IMG/VR virus record: IMGVR_UViG_3300012816_000017
Span: 1-44,395 of that record
Direction: 5' to 3' (one strand)
Source: a virus
Lineage: Duplodnaviria > Caudoviricetes
DNA length: 44,395 bases
How positions within the stretch are numbered: position 1 is the stretch's first letter; each line of letters opens with the position of its first letter. Shown one piece after another: positions 38,593-44,395 of this stretch. The notes beneath the pieces were generated by a model that was not told the DNA's origin, searched no databases, and saw nothing but the letters and a program-made list of their open reading frames with translations. The translations under genes were made by a program, and so were the position numbers.

Positions 38593-39063
38593 ATGTCTCT
38601 CGCCACCGACCTCGAAATCCACAAACAAGGCACCGCCCTGCTGGACCTGTGCGCCGACGTGCAGGCCCGCATACCCCGCGCGTTCCGCGCGTCCATGGGG
38701 TACCGCATTTCGGATGAGTGTGTCGAGATACTGGTGCTGATCGGCCGCGCCAACGCCGCCCGCCAGCCGCAAGACCGGGCCACCCACCTGGAGCAGCTGC
38801 TGGAGCGCCTGCAGGTAGCGCAAATCCTGCTGCGCACCGCGCACGCCAAGCGGCTGATCGCCACCAAGCTGTGGGCCACCAGCATCGAACTGACCGACAC
38901 CATCGGCAAGATGGCCAACGGCTGGCTCAAGTCCGCCCGGGCACGCTACACCAGCAGCCCGGCCAGCGATGGCGCTACACCCGCCACCGCTACACCGTCG
39001 GCAGAGCCACAGGGCTACACGCCCGGCCTGTTCGACACCACCGCCGCAGCGCCTGCAGCATGA
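38593..39063 (+). CDS. avd: DGR accessory variability determinant (Avd, four-helix bundle)
   Basis: DLEIHKQ...IPRAFRASMGYRI...LLRTAHAKRLI...IGKMANGWLK; located between target genes and TR. Confidence 0.88.
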   Translation: MSLATDLEIHKQGTALLDLCADVQARIPRAFRASMGYRISDECVEILVLIGRANAARQPQDRATHLEQLLERLQVAQILLRTAHAKRLIATKLWATSIELTDTIGKMANGWLKSARARYTSSPASDGATPATATPSAEPQGYTPGLFDTTAAAPAA

Positions 39064-39253
39064 CAGTCAAGGCCGCCATGCCCGTGCGCTTTATGAATCT
39101 GGTCGAGCCGCTGGGCTCCCGCACACTCGCAGCCCCCACCGCCAGGCGCACCACGGATACCACCGCGCGGCACACCAGCGCGGCCCGGTCCGGCGCAGTT
39201 TCCCCGCTGATCGGCGCAAGCCTTCGGCGGGGCGACGTAGATAGCTCGACGCT

Positions 39254-39355
39254 TCGCAGTACTCGCGCAACAACGCCTGGTGCCAGGACTTCGAGTACGG
39301 CAACAGCAACGCCAACAACAAGGACAACGAGTTCCGCGCCCGTCCTGTCCGCAGA
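39254..39355 (+). repeat. DGR template repeat (TR)
   Basis: AAC-rich (7 AAC codons in VR frame) copy of the three VRs; ends in the A-free tract ttccgcgcccgtcctgtccgc. Confidence 0.96.
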
Positions 39356-39371
39356 TTCAAACACCCACAGC

Positions 39372-39404
39372 AAAAGGGCCTCCCGCCGCAATGGAGGGAG
39401 GCCC
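39372..39404 (-). terminator. Intrinsic terminator for the antisense DUF3606-like gene
   Basis: gggcctccc(39376-84)/gggaggccc(39396-404) stem, followed by TTTT on the minus strand, just after the stop at 39411. Confidence 0.7.
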
Positions 39405-39410
39405 AAAAGC

Positions 39411-39587
39411 TCAGCGACCCAGTTCGCGTCGCACGTCAACCACCATGACGCCGACTTTCTTGACCGCCGCCTTCAAAGCCTCGGGCGTAACGCGCAAAGT
39501 CGTAGTCCAGTAAGCCAACTCCCACGGCTCGTTCACATTGATGCGTGCCGCATCTGCCGGACCGCGCTTCTTCAGATCGTCTGCCAT
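39411..39587 (-). CDS. DUF3606-like small protein
   Basis: MADDLKKRGPADAARINVNEPWELAYWTTTLRVTPEALKAAVKKVG; AAAGG RBS. Confidence 0.8.
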   Translation of the reverse strand: MADDLKKRGPADAARINVNEPWELAYWTTTLRVTPEALKAAVKKVGVMVVDVRRELGR

Positions 39588-39623
39588 CGCTATACCTTTC
39601 ACAACAGTTTCGGAGACCAATAC

Positions 39624-40781
39624 ATGGGACTTCAAATCTGCGCTCAAACAGGTGGAAACCCGAACCTAAAAATTGACACAAGTCAACCGGGCTTTGACAC
39701 CCTCCTGCAGGCCTACATCGACTGCCGTCAGCACAAGCGCAACACCGCCAGCGCGCGCGAGTTTGAGCAGCACCTGGAGCGCAACCTGTGCGACCTGCAC
39801 GCCGAGCTGCTGGACGGCAGCTACCGACCCGGCCGCAGCATCTGCTTTGCCATCACCCGCCCCAAGCCGCGCGAGGTGTGGGCCGCGCAGTTCCGTGACC
39901 GCATCGTGCACCACCTGCTGTACAACCACATCGGCCCGCGCTTCGAGGCCTCTTTTGTGGCCGACTCCTGCGCATGCATCCCAGGCCGTGGCACCCTGTA
40001 CGGCGCCCAGCGGCTGGAGGCCCAGGTGCGCAGCTGCACCCAGAACTGGGCCCGCCCCGCCTTCTATTTGAAGTGCGACTGCGCCAATTTCTTCGTCAGC
40101 ATCCACAAGCCCGTGCTGCTGCAGCGCCTGGCCGCCCGCATCCATGAACCCTGGTGGCTGGCCCTGGCCACCACCATCCTCATGCACGACCCGCGCAGCG
40201 ACGTGGAGGTGCGCGGCAAGACCAGCACCCTGCGCCGCGTGCCCGCGCACAAGAGCCTGTTCAACGCGCCCGCCGACACCGGCCTGCCCATCGGCAACCT
40301 GAGCAGCCAGTTCTTCGCCAATGTGCTGCTGGACGGCCTGGACCAGTACGCCAAGCACCAGCTGCGCGCGCCGCACTACGTGCGCTATGTGGATGACTTT
40401 GTGCTGCTGCACCCCGATGCCCAGTGGCTCAGCGCCGCGCTGCGCGACATCACCGCCTGGCTGCCCGCGCACCTGGGCGTGCACCTGAACCCCAGCAAAA
40501 CCATCCTGCAGCCGGTGGACCGGGGTATCGACTTCGTCGGCCAAGTCATCAAGCCCTGGCGCCGCACCACCCGCCGCCACACCCTGGCCAGCGCCCTGCA
40601 GCGCATCGAGCATCTGCCAGCGGCCGAGGTCTTCAGCGCAGGCAACAGCTACCTGGGCCTGGTGCGCCAGGCCAGCCACAGCCACAAGGAACGCGCGGTG
40701 GTGTGCCGGGCGCTGCTCAAGCGCGGGCACGCGGTGGAGGGGATGAATTTGAGCAAGGCATTCAGGAGGAATGAGGCATGA
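39624..40781 (+). CDS. DGR reverse transcriptase
   Basis: PKPREVWAAQFRDRIVHH, LKCDCANFFVSI, GLPIGNLSSQFFANV (DGR-type SQ), YVRYVDDFVL, GIDFVG; GGAG RBS before 39624; frame is open further upstream. Confidence 0.95.
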   Translation: MGLQICAQTGGNPNLKIDTSQPGFDTLLQAYIDCRQHKRNTASAREFEQHLERNLCDLHAELLDGSYRPGRSICFAITRPKPREVWAAQFRDRIVHHLLYNHIGPRFEASFVADSCACIPGRGTLYGAQRLEAQVRSCTQNWARPAFYLKCDCANFFVSIHKPVLLQRLAARIHEPWWLALATTILMHDPRSDVEVRGKTSTLRRVPAHKSLFNAPADTGLPIGNLSSQFFANVLLDGLDQYAKHQLRAPHYVRYVDDFVLLHPDAQWLSAALRDITAWLPAHLGVHLNPSKTILQPVDRGIDFVGQVIKPWRRTTRRHTLASALQRIEHLPAAEVFSAGNSYLGLVRQASHSHKERAVVCRALLKRGHAVEGMNLSKAFRRNEA

Positions 40782-41311
40782 CCGCAACATCCAAACACAT
40801 CATTGACGCCAATGCCCTAGAGGCAAGGGCAAAGCAGCAACCCAACGACATGTTTCTCAAGGGTTCCGGCGTGCTTAAGTTGATCCAGGCGATCCGGGAC
40901 CTTGAACGGGCCAACCGGCACCTCCAGGCCCAGCTTCACGCGGTGGAACCGTTCGCCTGGCATGTATGCAGCGTGAACTCCGACGGCTCTCTCAGCTTGG
41001 AACACGCCGCAGCCTGGGAAGAGGCGGCACACGAGCACATCAACAATGCGATCACTGAGCATGGCATTTCGGATGCCGCTTCGTGGGTTGTGCGTCCGGC
41101 CTACCACCCCCCCCAACCAGATCCAATGGCGCAGGCGGCAGCGAACTTGCCGACATCAGAGCGCCTGCGTAAAAAATTTGAGTCGATCGCCAGCGACCGA
41201 TCGTACAAATTCAAACGATCGCGCAGGGGAGCATACGTAAACCCCGCCCTGTCCCGGGATTGGAAATGGTTTCAATTGGGCGCTGCGGTCGCAGACGGGG
41301 CCTCCAAATGA
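40778..41311 (+). CDS. Hypothetical protein
   Basis: ATGA-coupled to RT; 177 aa. Confidence 0.6.
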   Translation: MTATSKHIIDANALEARAKQQPNDMFLKGSGVLKLIQAIRDLERANRHLQAQLHAVEPFAWHVCSVNSDGSLSLEHAAAWEEAAHEHINNAITEHGISDAASWVVRPAYHPPQPDPMAQAAANLPTSERLRKKFESIASDRSYKFKRSRRGAYVNPALSRDWKWFQLGAAVADGASK

Positions 41312-41670
41312 CCGACCCCACCAGAGACCACAGCCGAGTCACCCCCGAGGGCCGCGCCATCGGCGCCCAGTGGGTGCGCATGGTGGAGCCCATCATTGCC
41401 CACTTGGTGGCCGAGGGCGAGCCCGACGAACGCTGCAAGTCCTGCGCCTTCCGCCCGGGCACCGTGCCCAACGGCTGCCTGCAGACCATGGCAGACGTGA
41501 CCAAGGCCGTGCTGGAGCAAAAGCCCTTCGCCTGCCACGTCAACCACTACGCAGACGGCACCCCCAAGCTGTGCGCCGGCTGGCTGGCCAGCCAGTGGGG
41601 CGCCGCAGATCGCCCCGAAATTCCCTGCGCCTGGGAGTTTTCGCCACCGGATGAGGAGCAAGCAGCATGA
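41308..41670 (+). CDS. Cys-rich hypothetical protein
   Basis: CKSCAFRPG...FACH...LCAGW, possible Zn binding. Confidence 0.6.
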   Translation: MTDPTRDHSRVTPEGRAIGAQWVRMVEPIIAHLVAEGEPDERCKSCAFRPGTVPNGCLQTMADVTKAVLEQKPFACHVNHYADGTPKLCAGWLASQWGAADRPEIPCAWEFSPPDEEQAA

Positions 41671-41963
41671 CCACCACCCAAGCCCCCATCGAGCCAGAAA
41701 AAATGCTGTCCCCAGGCACCCCCATGGTGCTAGACCTGCCCGGCGTGGCCACCACGCTGTGCGTTTCACCCTCCACCGTGCAGCTAATGGTGCGCCAGGG
41801 CGAGTTCCCCGAGCCGCGCCAACTGTCAGGCCGCAGGGTGGGCTGGCTCACCATCGAGGTGGCGGCCTGGGCTGCGTCGCGCCCCAAATCCGTGCAACTG
41901 CCCCCGCACAACACAGGGGCGCCCAAGCCCAAGGCTAAGCGGGCTGAGCTGCAGCAAGGGTGA
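41667..41963 (+). CDS. AlpA-family excisionase/regulator
   Basis: VSPSTVQLMVRQGEFPEPRQLSGRRVGWLTIEVAAW; convergent with integrase. Confidence 0.85.
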   Translation: MTTTQAPIEPEKMLSPGTPMVLDLPGVATTLCVSPSTVQLMVRQGEFPEPRQLSGRRVGWLTIEVAAWAASRPKSVQLPPHNTGAPKPKAKRAELQQG

Positions 41964-43227
41964 CGATACCCTCCAGGTGCGCATCGAGCGCGGCCAGCCA
42001 GTGGGCCCGCTCCTTGTCGTACCGGTACAGGTTGTAATCCCCTGCCACGCCGGGCACCACGTGCCCCAGGATGGCCTCACCCACCTCATGCGGGCAACCC
42101 ATGGCCGCCAGCAGGGTGCGGCCAGTGCGGCGTAGGTCGTGCGGCGACCAGTGGGTGACGGGCAGGCGCTTGCGCACATGGTCTGGCCGGGTTTTGCAGT
42201 AGGGCTGCAGGTAGTGCACTTTGGTCTGCATGTAGGTTTGTGACTGTGCCCTGATCTCGCCCGACCGCGCCTGGCTGGGGAACAGCCATTCACCCCCAGC
42301 GGCCACCAGGCGCCGCACAATCTTTTCAGCCCGGCCAAACAGTGGCACGCGCAAATCCACAGCGCCCACGATGTGCCGGTTTTTGGTCATGCTTTTTGGC
42401 ATGGTCCACCACAGCATGCCCGCCTCTTCGCGCAGGTGCTCAGGCCGCATCAGCACCAGCTCGGCCCCGCGCGTGCAAGTCCACAGCTGCAGCGTCAAAA
42501 AGTCCTGCACCTGCTGGCTGAACATGGGCATGCAGTCCAGCATCAGCGCCCGTATCTCGGCAGGCTGCAGCACCCGCTTGTCGGTGCCTTTGTGCACGCC
42601 ATCGCGCTTGGCCCCCTTGCTGCGCAGCTTGCGGGCCAGCACCTGGGCCCACCAGTTGGGCAGGTCGTCAGGAATGCGCCCGGCGTCCATGGCGTAAACC
42701 CAGGCGGCAGACAGCTCTGTCTTGACCGAGTTGGCCAGCACAGGCCGGTCAGCCAGCCCGGTGATGAGGTCAAACGCAAACCGGCGGGTTACATCGGCCA
42801 CCGGCAAGGTCTGGTGCTGCAGCGTAGCTTTTTCAAGCCGCTGCCGCACCGCCCGGGCGCCCTTGGCCTCGCGCCGCACCTGCAGGTATCCCGTGGCGTA
42901 GTCGCGCACCAGGTCGCCCAGCGTGTAGACCACCACCCCCTGCGGCGCAAGCGCTGGCACAGCGGCCAGCTTGCGCGCGGCCTGCGGGTCGCCGCCCGCG
43001 TCACGCACTGCCCGCAGCTCAGCCCAACGGGCAGCCGCATCCACCGGCGGCACTTCAGGGTAATGCCCCAGGCGCACCTGTTTCATCTGGCCCGTGGCCG
43101 GGTGTTTGTAACGGTAGATCCATGTCTTACGACTGGAAGACGCAACCAGCCGTAGGCCATTGCAACCTTGAACGACAATGTAGGCGCCAGGCTGCAGGGC
43201 CTTAGCTGCCCGTGCATCAAACTGCAT
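41935..43227 (-). CDS. int: Tyrosine integrase with arm-DNA-binding N-terminal domain
   Basis: GLRLVAS..RKTWIYRY; TRGAEL, KN, HDLRRT, ILGH...GDYN catalytic residues. Confidence 0.95.
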   Translation of the reverse strand: MQFDARAAKALQPGAYIVVQGCNGLRLVASSSRKTWIYRYKHPATGQMKQVRLGHYPEVPPVDAAARWAELRAVRDAGGDPQAARKLAAVPALAPQGVVVYTLGDLVRDYATGYLQVRREAKGARAVRQRLEKATLQHQTLPVADVTRRFAFDLITGLADRPVLANSVKTELSAAWVYAMDAGRIPDDLPNWWAQVLARKLRSKGAKRDGVHKGTDKRVLQPAEIRALMLDCMPMFSQQVQDFLTLQLWTCTRGAELVLMRPEHLREEAGMLWWTMPKSMTKNRHIVGAVDLRVPLFGRAEKIVRRLVAAGGEWLFPSQARSGEIRAQSQTYMQTKVHYLQPYCKTRPDHVRKRLPVTHWSPHDLRRTGRTLLAAMGCPHEVGEAILGHVVPGVAGDYNLYRYDKERAHWLAALDAHLEGIVTLAAAQPA

Positions 43228-43266
43228 TCGCCACCCCTTGGATTTATCGGCGGCGCAAGGTTGGAA

Positions 43267-43422
43267 AAACCTACGCCAAACCTACGCCGAGGCGGCAAGT
43301 GTAGCCCGTATCGCACTGAACGCTATCACTAGAACAACAAAACAAACGTGGCGCAGTGGCGTAGATTTTTGCCAATGAAATCAAGGCGTTAGGTTGATAT
43401 TGCCTTGTGAATCAATGAGTTA
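43267..43422. promoter_or_regulatory. att arm: tandem AAACCTACGCC repeats and two IHF consensus sites
   Basis: aaacctacgcc x2 (43267-43288); inverted near-copy ggcgtagatttt (43358-69); AATCAAGGCGTTA (43379-91) and AATCAATGAGTTA (43410-22) match WATCAANNNNTTR. Confidence 0.75.
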
Positions 43423-43439
43423 TGAAGGTTGAACAAACG

Positions 43440-43460
43440 ATGAATATCGTTATCCTCGAC
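43440..43460 (+). other. attR: phage-supplied replacement 5' end of the host gene; core ATCCTCGA at 43452-43459
   Basis: Near-duplicate of 1726-1746. Confidence 0.9.
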
Positions 43461-44395
43461 GATTACCAGGATGCAGTGCGCAAGCTGCATTGCGCCTCTC
43501 GGCTCGACGCATACACCGCCAAGGTGTACACCAACACGGTCAAAGGGCTGGGGCAGCTTTCGGTGCGGCTCAAAGACGCCGACATCATTGTGCTGATCCG
43601 CGAACGGACCCAGATCACACGCCAACTGGTTGAAAAGCTCCCGCGGCTCAAGCTCATCGCCCAAACTGGCAAGATTGGGAGCCACATTGATGTAGCGGCA
43701 TGTACCGAGCGGGGGATCGCCGTGGCAGAAGGGGTCGGCTCCCCTGTGGCTCCCGCCGAGCTGACCTGGGCCCTGGTGATGGCCTCCATGCGCCGCCTGC
43801 CACAGTACATCTCCAACCTCAAGCATGGCGCTTGGCAGCAGTCCGGTCTCAAGACCGCGTCCATGCCCCCCAACTTCGGAGTCGGCAGCGTGCTGCGGGG
43901 TAAAACACTGGGTATCTGGGGCTATGGCCGCATAGGACAACTGGTGGCCGGCTATGGACGGGCGTTTGGCATGAACGTGCGCGTCTGGGGGCGTGAAGCC
44001 TCGCGCGCGCAGGCGCTGACGGATGGATACCAGGCCGCCGCCACGCGCGAAGAGTTTTTTTCGCAGTGCGACGTGATCTCGTTGCACCTGCGCCTGAACG
44101 ACGAAACGCGCGGCATCATCTCGCTTGAAGACCTTTCGTGCATGAAGCCCACCTCGCTGCTGGTCAACACGTCGCGTGCAGAATTGATTGAACCCGACGC
44201 GCTCATCGCAGCACTCAACCGGGGTCGCCCGGGCCTGGCAGCCGTGGACGTGTTTGAGAGCGAACCCATCCTGCAAGGCCACGCCCTGCTCCGCCTGGAA
44301 AACTGCATCTGCACGCCACACATCGGGTACGTGGAGCAGGACAGCTACGAGCTCTACTTTGGTGCAGCTTTCGACAATGTGGTGAATTTCATCAA
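43440..44395 (+). CDS. D-isomer-specific 2-hydroxyacid dehydrogenase (3'-truncated by window edge)
   Basis: Hand translation: MNIVILDDYQDAV...GKTLGIWGYGRIG...LLVNTSRA...AAVDVFESEP...CTPHIGYV. Confidence 0.95.
   Translation, partial: MNIVILDDYQDAVRKLHCASRLDAYTAKVYTNTVKGLGQLSVRLKDADIIVLIRERTQITRQLVEKLPRLKLIAQTGKIGSHIDVAACTERGIAVAEGVGSPVAPAELTWALVMASMRRLPQYISNLKHGAWQQSGLKTASMPPNFGVGSVLRGKTLGIWGYGRIGQLVAGYGRAFGMNVRVWGREASRAQALTDGYQAAATREEFFSQCDVISLHLRLNDETRGIISLEDLSCMKPTSLLVNTSRAELIEPDALIAALNRGRPGLAAVDVFESEPILQGHALLRLENCICTPHIGYVEQDSYELYFGAAFDNVVNFI

Noticed and set aside
31210-39355. Four ~100-bp repeats as a CRISPR array or simple duplications
   Set aside because: They are dispersed, lie within coding sequence, have no spacers, and differ only at TR adenines.
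38718-40781. 687-aa ORF as a single giant RT
   Set aside because: Its first part overlaps avd in another frame and is not protein-like; RT motifs begin only after ~39690. Starts at 39624 or possibly 39060 are more credible.
39624-40781. RT as group II intron, retron or Abi RT
   Set aside because: avd, TR/VR pairs with A-only mismatches and the LSSQ motif identify a DGR; no maturase or endonuclease extension is present.
43228-43440. tRNA or tmRNA at the integration site
   Set aside because: No cloverleaf or T-loop motif; the duplication maps to a protein-coding 5' end.

Overview
GC-rich betaproteobacterial (Comamonadaceae-like, inferred) chromosome segment. It has lexA and a hypothetical gene on the left and a D-2-hydroxyacid dehydrogenase gene on the right, with an apparently complete ~41.7 kb temperate siphovirus-type prophage (about 1738-43459) between them. 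The prophage is integrated into codons 5-7 of the dehydrogenase gene and supplies a synonymous replacement 5' end. The minus strand carries Cro/CII-like regulators, replication, packaging, head, tail and lysis genes. The plus strand carries the repressor and a long early operon. The key feature is a diversity-generating retroelement (avd, TR, RT) whose single 101-bp template repeat matches THREE variable repeats, with 30/30 mismatches at TR adenines. All three lie in DUF1566/CLec-like early genes without obvious signal peptides, not in the tail fibre; one is ~8 kb away from the cassette. Each VR is followed by a GNA-triloop hairpin. Also notable: an antisense DUF3606-like gene inside the TR-RT spacer, a divergent Acb2-like anti-CBASS protein, a glycosyltransferase next to a Thr-rich collagen tail fibre, a repressor lacking an autocleavage domain, and readable operator, late-promoter, iteron and att architecture. 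Family assignments come from motif recognition only; no searches were run.
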